Shown in pieces: positions 29,686 to 40,382 of a DNA stretch of 64,000 nt. The notes beneath the pieces were generated by a model that was not told the origin of the DNA, searched no databases, and worked only from the letters and a program-made list of their open reading frames with translations. The position numbers and the translations under genes were made by a program. Source of the stretch: an uncultured virus (IMG/VR IMGVR_UViG_3300042516_002585). Taxonomy: Duplodnaviria; Heunggongvirae; Uroviricota; Caudoviricetes. The stretch is taken from IMG/VR virus record IMGVR_UViG_3300042516_002585; one strand, given 5' to 3'. Numbering within the stretch: position 1 is the stretch's first letter; each line of letters starts with the position of its first letter.

Positions 29686-29857
29686 CTTAGACGACTTCGA
29701 AAAAGCACTTGCACATTTTGGAACTAGAGTTGATATAATCATTGCCCTTGAAATGGGAGGAAAATTAGATGCTGACACTGCTTACAAAAATATTAAGACT
29801 GAACTTAAAGAACTCAAAAAAATCAGAAAGTCTATCAAAAAAGACAAGGATTTGTGA
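29678..29857 (+). CDS. Hypothetical protein
   Basis: Tiled ORF. Confidence 0.5.
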   Translation: MYDLDDFEKALAHFGTRVDIIIALEMGGKLDADTAYKNIKTELKELKKIRKSIKKDKDL

Positions 29858-30112
29858 TAAATGTGGTACAATAAAACCACTCAATGAAGATAATTTTCAA
29901 AAAGTAAAGTATTTTAGAGACGGATTTAGTTATTACTGCAATGAATGCTCCAAACCTAAACCCAGAGAATGATTCTCTGAAAATAACGCAAAATGAAGAT
30001 GGGTCTTTTACAATGGATTGGGACCCACAAGACCCAAATTGGAAATGGTTGAATGGGTTGACATCCAAAGAAGTTCAGGTTATTATGGATCAAGCAATCA
30101 AGGATTATCTCA

Positions 30113-30670
30113 ATGACCTCCGAGTTTGATTATAAAAAGTATTCTCTTGGACAACTTAAAACTTGGGTAACAGATGCTTTAACAAGCGCAGAAGCATCTC
30201 CACAAGAAATTTACGATACTATCAAACGTGTTGTTGAAGAAGAATACTATTGCTTCAAACATCACACTGGTCGTTGTTATGACCTTCTGGCACTTTTGAA
30301 TGGTAATGGACATAGTGAGGCAGATGAAGAAAAGAATAAATGCCGTGAATATAATTTGCGTGAAGCAGAATACTACAACAAACGTGTAGAACTTGATTCT
30401 AAGCAAGATAAAGTAGTTAAGTGGCAACTTCCTGTTGAGGTTGATGGTGTAAGTGGAGAATACTTTATTCAATTTCCTGATGATTTGTTAGAAGCATCAA
30501 GTCTGAAAGAAGGTGATACAATTCAGTGGGTTGATCGTGGTGATGGTTCTTATCTTCTCAAAAAAGTTGAAAAGAGAACTGAAAAAGTTAGTCCCGATAA
30601 TATGACTTGGGATCAAGCAATGGAAGGTGGTTGGTCTATGACTGATGATGGTTTCTGGATCAAAGAATGA
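30113..30670 (+). CDS. Protein with AbrB/MazE/SpoVT-like domain
   Basis: GEYFIQFPDDLLEASSLKEGDTIQWVDRGDGSYLLKK fits the swapped-hairpin pattern. Confidence 0.55.
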   Translation: MTSEFDYKKYSLGQLKTWVTDALTSAEASPQEIYDTIKRVVEEEYYCFKHHTGRCYDLLALLNGNGHSEADEEKNKCREYNLREAEYYNKRVELDSKQDKVVKWQLPVEVDGVSGEYFIQFPDDLLEASSLKEGDTIQWVDRGDGSYLLKKVEKRTEKVSPDNMTWDQAMEGGWSMTDDGFWIKE

Positions 30671-30823
30671 TTGAAACTCTTGTATGTGGTTATAATATAT
30701 TCTGTCACGTAAAAAATATGATAGAATATCAAAACCATCAACCACCTGTGGTAAAATACTATGAACCAGGCAAATCTTGCTACGTTAATGGTGTTTTCTA
30801 TACTAAATGTGAGGATCGATTAA

Positions 30824-31048
30824 ATGGCACTAAGTGAATCTGTTGAAAATAGTCTAAAAGAAGCAGAAGCATCCCTTCGCAATGCATTAGCATATGCTGC
30901 CCGTCAAGAACGACCAATGGTTTGTAGCGTGATTGCAGATCTTATCAGTCGCATTGAAACATTACAAACAACTGATTCTATTCTTGATAAATTGGAGAAT
31001 CGCAAACCAGGCGATAAAGGATTTTTTGGAACTATGTTTGGGGAATAA
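30824..31048 (+). CDS. Hypothetical protein
   Basis: GAGG SD; coupled to the next ORF. Confidence 0.6.
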   Translation: MALSESVENSLKEAEASLRNALAYAARQERPMVCSVIADLISRIETLQTTDSILDKLENRKPGDKGFFGTMFGE

Positions 31049-31410
31049 TGACCGACCAACAACCTAACGAACTTGGTAAGGCACTTCAAGAATGGTGGGA
31101 TTCTGATGCATACAAAGAGATGCAGAAGTCTCACCAAGAAAGTCTAGAAAGAGCAGTCGGAAAGTATTTTATGCTTTCTGAGTCTGATAAGATTGATATG
31201 ATCCAAGCAATGTGCTATATTATGTGTAAGGCAGAAAGTGAAGGAACCAGTCATCGTGGTCTTCAAGACGCTCTGGGAGTTTATCCTGCTGGTTTCTGGG
31301 TAAGTGAACTGATGGACGTTCACAATGCTCTTTGGTCTTATTATCACGATAAGAAACAAGAAAAAGAACTTAAAGATGACTTAGATAATCTTGATAAATT
31401 TATGTCCTAA
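31048..31410 (+). CDS. Hypothetical protein
   Basis: TAATG-coupled 120-aa ORF. Confidence 0.6.
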   Translation: MTDQQPNELGKALQEWWDSDAYKEMQKSHQESLERAVGKYFMLSESDKIDMIQAMCYIMCKAESEGTSHRGLQDALGVYPAGFWVSELMDVHNALWSYYHDKKQEKELKDDLDNLDKFMS

Positions 31411-31494
31411 TGTAACGTGATCCCAAAGAAATCATTAAGTTTCTAGATAGTATGGTATTGAAATGCTAACATTGAGAAACAACGCAAGAAACTT

Positions 31495-31701
31495 ATGACC
31501 CTAGCAAAAACTGGAACAGAAGTTCTTACAAAAGAAGAGTGGAATGAACTTGTTGCCCTCAAAGATGCAATTACTTATGCTCCACAAACAGTTTCTGCTG
31601 AAAAAATGGAGAAATTTACTGAATTGATGGTTCGCTCACTTGAAGGTAAATGTGACCCACCACCACCAAAGAATTGGCGTGGAAATTCTTTAAGTGAATA
31701 A
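31495..31701 (+). CDS. Hypothetical protein
   Basis: 68-aa ORF. Confidence 0.55.
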   Translation: MTLAKTGTEVLTKEEWNELVALKDAITYAPQTVSAEKMEKFTELMVRSLEGKCDPPPPKNWRGNSLSE

Positions 31702-31734
31702 TAAAAATAAATATTATCATCACGATACAAAACA

Positions 31735-31947
31735 ATGGATAACATCGATCAACATATTCAAAAGGATGAAGATCTTTTGAGTGATCCTATGATTTCTCCA
31801 CAATCTAGGAGACATACTGAAGAAGAACTTGAAGCACTTAAAGCATACAAGGAAAACCATCCAGAAGATTCACACGATCCTACTCCACTAGAACTTTACT
31901 GTGACGCTAATCCAAATGCTTTGGAATGTAGAGTTTACGAAGACTGA
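31735..31947 (+). CDS. cp12: CP12 Calvin-cycle inhibitor (auxiliary metabolic gene)
   Basis: C-terminal DPTPLELYCDANPNALECRVYED is the CP12 signature. Confidence 0.9.
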   Translation: MDNIDQHIQKDEDLLSDPMISPQSRRHTEEELEALKAYKENHPEDSHDPTPLELYCDANPNALECRVYED

Positions 31948-32210
31948 AAAATAAATACATTTAGTTACTTCCAATAAAAATGTCTAGATTTACTGATCTT
32001 TTCCAGGAACCAACTCCTGCACCAGAACCAACCGCTGCACTAGAATCTGTGGAAGTTGAGAAAGTTGCGGAAACTAAGACTGAAAAAGTAAGCAAAGCAT
32101 CTAAGAAAAAGTTCACAATGGATTGAGTGGCACTTTAAAAACTGGCACACAGGGGGTTCTCAGGGCACTGGGGACCCCTTATAATATGTGGGTAATCAAC
32201 AAACGCCCTA

Positions 32211-32639
32211 ATGGCAACCCGCTCTCGCATTGGTATCGAACTTCGTGATGGTTCGATTCTGTCTGCATATTCCCACTGGGATGGTTATCCTGAATGGATG
32301 GGTCGCATTCTTCGCACTCATTACAACACCAAAGAGAAAGTCGCTGAATTGATTGATGGTGGTGATATGAGTTCTCCTTGGACTGAGGATCGTTTTAGTA
32401 TTGATCCCACACACGGTTGGAAAGTTCAAGAATATGGTCCTCAATACTATTCTCAGCGTGGTGATAACTGCCCTCCTCGCCTTGATGCTGACCTGTGTGA
32501 ATATCTTCTGCCTGATAACAGCGAAGAGTTTGCATATGTTTTCCGTGCTGGTGAGTGGGTGTGCTATAATATGCACCAGTTTGATGATTCTAAACTTCCT
32601 GAAATCGTTGAAATCCCTTCTGGTGCTCTTGCTGTTTAA
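32211..32639 (+). CDS. Hypothetical phage protein
   Basis: MATRSRIG...YSHWDGYP motif; own palindrome-type promoter. Confidence 0.7.
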   Translation: MATRSRIGIELRDGSILSAYSHWDGYPEWMGRILRTHYNTKEKVAELIDGGDMSSPWTEDRFSIDPTHGWKVQEYGPQYYSQRGDNCPPRLDADLCEYLLPDNSEEFAYVFRAGEWVCYNMHQFDDSKLPEIVEIPSGALAV

Positions 32640-32642
32640 TCT

Positions 32643-32834
32643 ATGAAATCTTCTACTGCTCTTGGTTTTGCTTTTGGTGTCATTGTAATTGCTGTTGCTG
32701 GACTATTCTTTGAAGCAGCATTGCTTGGACTGATTCTGTCATGGTTTGGTGTCTTTTTGACCATTTGGCAAAATCTTGCTATCGTTTTTCTTGCTAATCT
32801 TATCTTTAAAAATACTGGAGTTTCTTCAAAATGA
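32643..32834 (+). CDS. Small membrane protein
   Basis: Two hydrophobic helices. Confidence 0.55.
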   Translation: MKSSTALGFAFGVIVIAVAGLFFEAALLGLILSWFGVFLTIWQNLAIVFLANLIFKNTGVSSK

Positions 32835-33238
32835 AAAATCAAAACGGTTTTATTGATTCTGGTGTTGCTCTCGTAGCAGTTGGTGTCGTTGTAATTGGTG
32901 GTCTCATCTTTATTGGTGGTCCACAATACAATGTGTGGCAGCAATCTCTTGCTGGTAAAGCAGAATTGCAGAAGGCAGAATATACGCGACAGGTAGCAGT
33001 GTTGGAAGCACAAGCAAAGAAAGATAGTGCCCAACAACTTGCTGATGCTGAAATCATCCGTGCTACTGGTGTTGCTAAGGCAAACCAAATCATCGGTGAT
33101 TCGCTGAAAGACAACCGTGAGTATCTTCAATATCTTTATATCACTGGACTGGAAGAAGGATCTAATAAAGGTAACGTAACGATCTACGTTCCTACTGAGG
33201 GTGGAATGCCTGTTCCCACACTTCAAATGAATAAGTGA
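32831..33238 (+). CDS. Membrane-anchored coiled-coil protein (SPFH/band-7 C-terminus-like)
   Basis: TM helix, then AEIIRATGVAKANQIIGDSL...YLQYLYI. Confidence 0.6.
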   Translation: MKNQNGFIDSGVALVAVGVVVIGGLIFIGGPQYNVWQQSLAGKAELQKAEYTRQVAVLEAQAKKDSAQQLADAEIIRATGVAKANQIIGDSLKDNREYLQYLYITGLEEGSNKGNVTIYVPTEGGMPVPTLQMNK

Positions 33239-33495
33239 CACTTTAATAACTGGCACACGACCCGCCCCATAAGGCGGGTTTTTTGCTATAATAAAGAAGT
33301 AGTTGAGGAACTCTCCATGAATCTGACTGAGTTGATTGAAGAAATCCGTGAGATTGAAATCTATGGTTCTGATCCAGCAGACTGGATGGGTTATTTGGGT
33401 TCTGACGACTACTGGGTGCCAGATGAGGAACTGGCATACTAACCCTGTCAGGGGTGCCTAGGTGCCCCTATAATAAGCACATACGCAACCAACCG

Positions 33496-33855
33496 ATGCC
33501 TACCCTCAACAAAGAGTTCAGCGCCTTCTGTGCCGAGCGTGATGCCAAGAACACCATTCAACTGAATGTTGTTAAGTGGACTTGGATGTTCTGTGATGCT
33601 CTGCGTGGCGGTGCTCCTGATGGTTACGATTACATCTTCGAGTCTGGTAAGAAGTATCACAAGGTCATTATGATTGATTCCAGTGGTGCTCGCTCTGTCC
33701 ACTGCTTCATTGATAAGAAGACTGGTGAGGTTTACAAGTCTGCATCTTGGAAAGCACCCGCCAAAGGTGTTCGCTACGATCTCCGCATCATTGAACAGCG
33801 TGAATGGTTGTTTGAGAAAGCAGATTGGGCAGGAGGTTATCTTTACGCAAGATGA
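33496..33855 (+). CDS. Hypothetical phage protein
   Basis: GKKYHKV...SVHCFIDKKTGEVYKSASWKAPAKGVR motif; own promoter. Confidence 0.7.
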   Translation: MPTLNKEFSAFCAERDAKNTIQLNVVKWTWMFCDALRGGAPDGYDYIFESGKKYHKVIMIDSSGARSVHCFIDKKTGEVYKSASWKAPAKGVRYDLRIIEQREWLFEKADWAGGYLYAR

Positions 33856-34001
33856 TTTCTTCTATTTTCTTCTGGTGGTTTATCGCTCTTATTGGTGCTT
33901 GTTTTGTTAATTATGCATTGATGCAATTCACTGACAACGATGACGACAACTAACAAACTAATCTTTATCTCTTCGTTCATTTGGTTTCTTCACTGGGGAC
34001 A

Positions 34002-34478
34002 ATGCATTACCTTGAAATGTCTGGATATGGTTATTCTAAACTCCTCTGTGAGGACGTTACCACTTGGTTTCTGAATAAGTTTTTACCACGTCATAAGATT
34101 GAAGTAGAGATCCTGCATCGTGGACTGAAACGTGAGCAGGTTTATGGTTATTGTGACTACGTGGAAGAATCGTATCGTCCCCGTGAGTTTTTGATTGAAC
34201 TTCAAACTCATATGGAGGAGGAGTTGTATATAAAAACTCTTTTGCATGAACTGGTCCACCTGCGGCAGTGGGTGCTAGGTTCGCTGCGGATGCGACGTGG
34301 AAAAATGTGTTATGGTAAAGTTCAAGTCGAACTTTATGACTATTGGCATCAACCACATGAAATAGAAGCACGAGAGCAAGAAGAAACCTTATATCTGAGG
34401 TATCTGATTGAGAAGAACTGTGTGCCACCTACCAAAGTGGCACAGTTCTTCCCGAACCGCCTGATGGTGGCGCTATAA
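34002..34478 (+). CDS. Zn metallopeptidase (HExxH, SprT-like)
   Basis: TLLHELVHLRQW plus downstream PHEIEA. Confidence 0.7.
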   Translation: MHYLEMSGYGYSKLLCEDVTTWFLNKFLPRHKIEVEILHRGLKREQVYGYCDYVEESYRPREFLIELQTHMEEELYIKTLLHELVHLRQWVLGSLRMRRGKMCYGKVQVELYDYWHQPHEIEAREQEETLYLRYLIEKNCVPPTKVAQFFPNRLMVAL

Positions 34479-34665
34479 TTACAAGGTAATCAAGGGAACC
34501 ACAATGGTCACCGACACCGCACAGGATGCCCAGATCCGCCGTTCTATCATTAAATCGGTGAGCGGCATGGATCTTCGCCTTCTGCAACGAATTGCCTATG
34601 AGGTTCGTTGTGAAGAACTGGGCATTCGCCCTGATGGTTGGAAACTCTACCCTGAGAACTGATTC

Positions 34666-34869
34666 ATGAAACTTTCTACTACTTCTGTCACCAAGATTGC
34701 TGATGCTCTCAAACCAGCAGTCATTGATTACATTTATGAAGATGAAGGATTTGTTGAATATATGCAAACTGCCGTGGTAGAGGGTATTCGCAATGCGATG
34801 GGAGATATGGATGAGGATTTACTTTTTGAACTGGGTATGTTAATCTTTGATCGGATCGAACTGAAATGA
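34666..34869 (+). CDS. Hypothetical protein
   Basis: Tiled ORF. Confidence 0.55.
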   Translation: MKLSTTSVTKIADALKPAVIDYIYEDEGFVEYMQTAVVEGIRNAMGDMDEDLLFELGMLIFDRIELK

Positions 34870-35096
34870 TGAACGAGCAACGAAACAAAGTAATTCAATA
34901 TGCCGTTGTTGTGAGCACTATTCTCAACTTAGGAATGTGCCTGAATTTGTATCTTCAACTTGGTAGAATGCAATATCAAGTAGCACAAATAGACAGTGAT
35001 ATTTCAAGTGCTGTTGAAGCATTGAGTCGTTATATTTGGGAAATCAAAAACAATGAAGTAAGTAATTCTGAAACTTATCCAGGAGGACTTCAATGA
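34866..35096 (+). CDS. Hypothetical membrane protein
   Basis: One TM helix; ATGA coupling. Confidence 0.5.
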   Translation: MMNEQRNKVIQYAVVVSTILNLGMCLNLYLQLGRMQYQVAQIDSDISSAVEALSRYIWEIKNNEVSNSETYPGGLQ

Positions 35097-35404
35097 TTGG
35101 ATTGATCGCTGGTTTGACGTGTGGAATCGCTACATACTACGGTGTTGGTGATGGTTTCCATGGACAAACAACCGCTAATGGTGAACGGTTTGATGCTTAT
35201 CGTTGGACTGCAGCTCATCCTTATCTTCCTATGGGTACGAGGATTCGGGTAACCAATCAGGATAATCTCAAACAAGTGATTGTGAGAGTGAATGATCGTG
35301 GTCCATATTCTCATGCAGATCTAGATCTATCCTATGCTGCATTTGCACATATTCAATCTCCCCGCAAGGGTAACGCCACTATTTGTTATCGTGTAATCGG
35401 ATGA
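35093..35404 (+). CDS. rlpA: RlpA-like double-psi beta-barrel lytic transglycosylase
   Basis: ATYYG...FHGQTTANGERFD...TAAH..LPMGT...VIVRVNDRGPY...LDLSYAAF. Confidence 0.85.
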   Translation: MIGLIAGLTCGIATYYGVGDGFHGQTTANGERFDAYRWTAAHPYLPMGTRIRVTNQDNLKQVIVRVNDRGPYSHADLDLSYAAFAHIQSPRKGNATICYRVIG

Positions 35405-35775
35405 AAAAACTTCTTTTTGCTGCTGCGATTCTGTTCTCTGCACCAGTTTATGCACAACAGTCACCAACGAATTATCAACCATTTCGTTATGAAACATCTT
35501 GTGCTCTGATGTATGAGGGTGAACCAATGACGGATCTGTGTGTGGTGATTGAAACCCGTGAAAAAGGTGGAGCACTTCGCACTCGTAATATCTTTTCAAA
35601 TCGATTCAGTCTGACGATCAAAGGAAGATTTGATAAGCAGAAAGGTTATATGACCTGGGATTCTCATAATAAGTATGAATATAAATGGGACTATAAGATC
35701 GGTCAGGTTGGAGAACTTGGTGTCTGGTCTGAGGTTATGCCTAGTTTTTATTTGCAAAACGTAAGTTGGGATTGA
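35401..35775 (+). CDS. Hypothetical secreted protein
   Basis: Signal peptide MKKLLFAAAILFSAPVYA. Confidence 0.6.
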   Translation: MKKLLFAAAILFSAPVYAQQSPTNYQPFRYETSCALMYEGEPMTDLCVVIETREKGGALRTRNIFSNRFSLTIKGRFDKQKGYMTWDSHNKYEYKWDYKIGQVGELGVWSEVMPSFYLQNVSWD

Positions 35776-35778
35776 ATA

Positions 35779-35988
35779 ATGAAAATTACAGAAGCAACAG
35801 TTAATTTAAATGTACATGAGATGGGTGTGATTCTTTCTGCACTGCAAAATCTTGAAAATGCAGATGAACATCGTATTGCCAGAGAATATGGCAGTGTGCC
35901 AGCACTTTATGATAAACTCTATTCCTACTGGGAGCAGATGGACAGATCGCAAACTGGACTACGGTACGATGTGGTGCCCTCCTTCTGA
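35779..35988 (+). CDS. Hypothetical protein
   Basis: Tiled ORF. Confidence 0.5.
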   Translation: MKITEATVNLNVHEMGVILSALQNLENADEHRIAREYGSVPALYDKLYSYWEQMDRSQTGLRYDVVPSF

Positions 35989-36021
35989 GGTTATAATACA
36001 AAGGTAATCGGGACACACCCA

Positions 36022-36282
36022 ATGCAAACGCCTCAACTGACCAGCAAGGACGGCAATATGGTGGTTGACTTCTATCCCGTCAAGACTCCTTATGGTGATA
36101 TTTCTGAAACTTGGGTACTTCGTACAGTCACCTTTGCTCCTCACGGTCAAGTGTCAAAGAAGTTTCTCAACAAAGTAGAAATGCTGTTGGACATCCGTGA
36201 GCGTGTGGCATACGGTTACAATCAAACGGGTGATAACTCCAATCTTCCCCAACTTGGAAATCCGATGGCAGGTGCCTGCTGA
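36022..36282 (+). CDS. Hypothetical protein
   Basis: Downstream of TATAAT at 35991. Confidence 0.55.
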   Translation: MQTPQLTSKDGNMVVDFYPVKTPYGDISETWVLRTVTFAPHGQVSKKFLNKVEMLLDIRERVAYGYNQTGDNSNLPQLGNPMAGAC

Positions 36283-36787
36283 TGAAAACTTCTTATTGGT
36301 TTCTTGGTATCATTGCCATTCTCATGTGGAACGGAATGATCATCAAACGTGATCAAGAACTGTTCAAGGCATATGATAAGGTCTGTGCCGAACTTCCCTC
36401 TCATCCTCATTGCCATCTTTCCAAATGAACGACGAAGACATTCAACAATTTATGAATGCATTTGATGATTTTATGAAGCATTCTGAGGTTGAGCAATTTA
36501 ATCATGATGCCTGGTTGATTGCTAAACAATACACTGATCATTTTTATGAGCAGAAAGCAGCAGAACTGGAAGTGACTGTTGATTATTACATTCAGGAGTT
36601 TGTATGAACGATCAAACCAAATTCATTTTTGCACTTATGCAGATTGAGAACATTTCAAATCTCATCACAGGAAATGAATATGAAAGGTTCTTTGCTTCAC
36701 ATCTCATTCCAATCAAAGTTGAACTGGAAAGGCAATTGACAAATCTCACTCATTCCTCTAAAATTAAGGAGTAATTTAGAAATACTA

Positions 36788-37018
36788 ATGAAATCACTTT
36801 ACATTGTTGACTACTGGGTTCCGTTTCCTTCTTCTGAATATGGTGGTGTTGTATCACTAATCGCTGAGAATGATACGGAAGCATTCCAACTCCTTGCCGA
36901 TGAAGATGGTTTTGATGACAGTTATCAGAATCTAATCATGCCCAATGTCGTCAAGGCACAGAAGTTCAAACTTGTGGATGATTATGAATCTGGTATTATT
37001 GATGCATTTACCACCTGA
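36788..37018 (+). CDS. Hypothetical protein
   Basis: AAGGAG SD; YIVDYWVPFPSSEYGG. Confidence 0.6.
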   Translation: MKSLYIVDYWVPFPSSEYGGVVSLIAENDTEAFQLLADEDGFDDSYQNLIMPNVVKAQKFKLVDDYESGIIDAFTT

Positions 37019-37190
37019 TAATTATGGAAGAAAGACTCTATCGCATTGAAGAACTTTGTACAACTGGTTGGGAACTGGTTGAAGAAAAGTATGTTAATAT
37101 GACAAAAGAACGCACTCAGGAAGTTTTAAATCAACTGATTGCCGATGGTTATAATCCTAATACATTACGTGCCGTACCCAATCCACAAAA

Positions 37191-37469
37191 ATGATTGAGT
37201 TTCCTCATAAACCACCAGCAGGTTATTCTTATGAACAAGTTCCATTTAAACGTAATGTTATTGCAATCTGGATTCATAATCATTACAGGTTTGTTTACAA
37301 TGGCGGTGGGATTACTCGTAGCATCTGGGGATTCTACAATCTCAAAACCAAGTGCTTCCACTCTCCTATCAACGCCAAAACAGTCGGTGATCAAGTAAAC
37401 ATTGAACAAACAACTCCATACTCTGCTATGATACCTAAACTCTCACCTCTCGAACTTGCTTATGTCTAA
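37191..37469 (+). CDS. Hypothetical protein
   Basis: Tiled ORF. Confidence 0.6.
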   Translation: MIEFPHKPPAGYSYEQVPFKRNVIAIWIHNHYRFVYNGGGITRSIWGFYNLKTKCFHSPINAKTVGDQVNIEQTTPYSAMIPKLSPLELAYV

Positions 37470-37710
37470 GTATAGTCCACGCCTGAATGATTATGTTCAA
37501 TGGAAGAAAGGTGTCGAAGGATGGGTGTATTTTGTTGATAAAGAATATATCACCATCGAAACCAACGTCCGCCCAAAAGATCAATTCAATGTCCAGGCGT
37601 GTTCTATTCATAAGAATGAAAGGTTATTGGTACTTTGTTACAAGGAACAGTGGAATGAATTAACTTATGTCGGACATCGTGTTGATCAGTATTCAACTAC
37701 AATCATATGA
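37462..37710 (+). CDS. Hypothetical protein
   Basis: Tiled ORF. Confidence 0.55.
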   Translation: MSKYSPRLNDYVQWKKGVEGWVYFVDKEYITIETNVRPKDQFNVQACSIHKNERLLVLCYKEQWNELTYVGHRVDQYSTTII

Positions 37711-37952
37711 AACAGAAGAGAACAGTATGGAGATGGTGGGCAAAAGCATTAGGAGAGAAGGCAAGTAAATGTGACAAAGAATCAGACCACATTGCTATTA
37801 TACGTACTGTTATATTCAGTACTTATCTCATTACTAATCTATTCATTATTGCAGGCGTAATTCGACATTGGAACAAAAATGAAATACCAGGTTGTATACT
37901 ACAAATTGAAGAAGGACCAGAAGAAAGCGAAACAAGAAGCAATCTTTTATAA
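37707..37952 (+). CDS. Hypothetical membrane protein
   Basis: WRWWAKALGEK...TM helix...IRHWN. Confidence 0.55.
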   Translation: MKQKRTVWRWWAKALGEKASKCDKESDHIAIIRTVIFSTYLITNLFIIAGVIRHWNKNEIPGCILQIEEGPEESETRSNLL

Positions 37953-38302
37953 TATTGAAGATGCCTCACTCTGGGAGCAACATATTAAGGAACAAGGTTA
38001 TGTAAATTCTGAGATTGTACCAATCTTCTAAATACAAAAAAGATTTCCAAGAAACAATGAAGACGTTTGCACAATTAATGGAACAGATTCATGGTCCAGT
38101 AAATCGAACGGAAGTTGCGCTCGCAAAGACCAGAGCAAACATTGCCTCAGAGCGTCTTCGCAGAAGGCGTCAGTATCAACAAGGTCTTCATACGACGATG
38201 CACTTAAATCAGACCGCAGAAAAGGAAGACAGAAAAAAAGCAGAAGTTTATAATACCTGATTAACCGCAAAACCTACATTGGAATCTCCGCTGTTGTTAC
38301 AT

Positions 38303-39112
38303 TCATTTGTTATAAAACCAGTAATATCCTTTCCAACTATAATGCCCAGGATTGCGTAAACTTTTAATCAATCCGGTACCTTTACCAGAGCCACCTAATA
38401 CTCTCACAGCATCTGCAATAGATTCATAACGGGCACTTATTTCACCTGTTTTTTTATTTACAGCAAATACCGATTTCTTTTTAGATTTGTCTTCTAAGAT
38501 CTGCCACTTGTGTCCATAGGCAGTACCATCTTTTCTGGCAGCAAGTAGAATATTACTATTTTTATTCGGATCACCAGTAAGAGATAATGCTGCCATACGA
38601 GCATTCTCATAGTCAGTACAGATTCCAGTTTCTAAATTCTTTCCACGTATTGGAAGACCACAATGTTTTCCATTACCTCTGTTCTCTTCTGTAAGAGCAC
38701 CCCAAGGTTCTATCTTTGCTTTTGTAGTTAATGCAATAGATATGTTTTCAATATGTTCTGATGTAAGTATCTTTTGCTTTGCTTTTTCTGTTATTTTTTG
38801 TTTTGTTTCTTCACTGAATATTGGACGTTCACCACCACTTGTAGCATTATATCCTTCTTTAAATGTATTATGTTGTTTGATCCAATATTCTTCTCTTTCA
38901 TTTAATAAACTCTCATCACATTCATCTATTTCTTTAATCATGAAGTTGTGATTGCCATATTTACGCATGGCACGATGTAGGGGTTTATCACTCATTCTTA
39001 TTGCTTCTTGTATGTGTTGTTGCCACCTTTTATTCATTCCTTGGGTGGTCTGACCAACATACTTGTGCCCGTTTTGCTTGTTGATAATTAGGTAGATGAT
39101 TCCCTGTGCCAT
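38303..39112 (-). mobile_element. Free-standing GIY-YIG homing endonuclease (Seg-like, NUMOD-type C-terminus)
   Basis: GIIYLIINKQNGHKYVGQT...RW..H...E.YWI...GYN; C-terminal YESIADAVR..G; opposite orientation to its neighbours. Confidence 0.85.
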
Positions 39113-39323
39113 TGATATGATATGCTACATTCTTTATATATTGTACATAACGATTAAAATATAATACATAATGGTGAATTTAAAAAAGTTAAAATTATTG
39201 TATGGTGTAGTTAATGTTATATTAAATTATTGTGTGTGTTTTATAATATTCTCAATAATTATTGTTTATTGAGAATCAATTAGGTATTATGTTGAGAATA
39301 CCCAGATCTTATGCAAGCTTAGC

Positions 39324-39352
39324 ACGTTAGCATAAGGAGCGCAGTTTGTCAA
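39324..39352 (-). promoter_or_regulatory. Leftward sigma70-type promoter
   Basis: Minus strand TTGACA-17-TAACGT. Confidence 0.5.
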
Positions 39353-39403
39353 GTCCGCCGCCCGCGAAAATTTCCCGAGACCCCACACAAGACTTATAAT
39401 GCC

Positions 39404-39432
39404 TTGACAATCTTATAAGTTCGTGATAGAAT
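39404..39432 (+). promoter_or_regulatory. Rightward sigma70-type promoter
   Basis: TTGACA-17-TAGAAT, reading into the repeat cluster. Confidence 0.65.
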
Positions 39433-39680
39433 CTCGACGAGTTATGTTACGAGATGCACATAAATTCGACGAGACATCATATATATTGGTATGAATCTCG
39501 ACGAGACCTATATCTAGACTAGATTGCATCTCGACGAGTTTTATGCTACAATACGAAAGCGTTCACAAATCTCGACGAGCTTATGTACGACGACTACGAT
39601 CTCGACTACACATACACAGGCAACGATTACGCGGATCTCGACGAGTATTATGCACGAGATACACAGGATCTCGACGAGGA
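39431..39680. repeat. Cluster 1 of ATCTCG-A-CGAG(AT) palindromic repeats
   Basis: Copies at about 39431, 39464, 39495, 39528, 39569, 39599, 39635 and 39668; variant ATCTAGACTAGAT at 39512. Confidence 0.8.
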
Positions 39681-39735
39681 TTATGCGCGAGATGGGCAAG
39701 ATTACGAATCACTTGCATATCGTCATTATGCATGA
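39583..39735 (+). CDS. Small Asp/Tyr-rich protein overlapping the repeats (50 aa)
   Basis: MYDDYDLDYTYTGNDYADLDEYYARDTQDLDEDYARDGQDYESLAYRHYA; TACAAT about 30 nt upstream. Confidence 0.45.
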   Translation: MYDDYDLDYTYTGNDYADLDEYYARDTQDLDEDYARDGQDYESLAYRHYA

Positions 39736-39985
39736 TATAATCTAGACACATCGCATCTAGACACCTATGCTAGCACAAAAGCGCATTGTACAGGTTACAC
39801 TAGACATTATGTGTTATGATGATCTAGATCTAGATCATATTAATTGGCGAGAACTATTACAACTCGAACCGAATGAAGATCTCCATTGTAGGGTGAAAGA
39901 GTTCGATCCATTCGATTAATGTGACAGTTCTTGAATTGGCACAAGATCCCCTATTCTCAATAAGGGGTTTCTTATTGAGAATGAA

Positions 39986-40042
39986 TATTTTATGGCAGGG
40001 GGAGTGGCGATGTATTGTCGTCAGCAGGGATACCCTTCCCCT
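39986..40042 (-). ncRNA. Candidate structured small RNA, copy A
   Basis: Homologous to 44242-44297. Minus-strand promoter TTGATT-17-TATCTT at 40086-40058; 12-bp inverted repeat downstream at about 39953-39982. Confidence 0.5.
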
Positions 40043-40178
40043 CATTAGATTTCTTATAAGATAGCAGAGCATTAATCCCAAATCAAGGGGAATTGTGCCA
40101 GTTCTCCTAGTGGCACAAGGGGGGTTGTAATCTGCCGCCGAGCGGGTTATGTTGGTTTCGTTCCTGAGGGATTGCTCA

Positions 40179-40382
40179 ATGGTTCTTCTCACTGCCACAA
40201 ACTACGGTTGCGTTTTTACTCTTTCTCAGGAAGATGGTGATGAATTGTATTATGCTCCGATTTATGCTGATGGTAGTGTAAATCTTGGTGAATTTGCGCC
40301 AGTTGATATGGATAGCGCAGATATGGATCATATGGAACTTTTTGATATCAGAAACCAATTGCGTGAGATGGTGGAGGTGTGA
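40179..40382 (+). CDS. Hypothetical early protein
   Basis: Follows a palindrome-type promoter. Confidence 0.55.
   Translation: MVLLTATNYGCVFTLSQEDGDELYYAPIYADGSVNLGEFAPVDMDSADMDHMELFDIRNQLREMVEV

Noticed and set aside
38303..39112. Group I intron hosting the GIY-YIG gene
   Set aside because: No interrupted host gene or intron core elements were recognisable.
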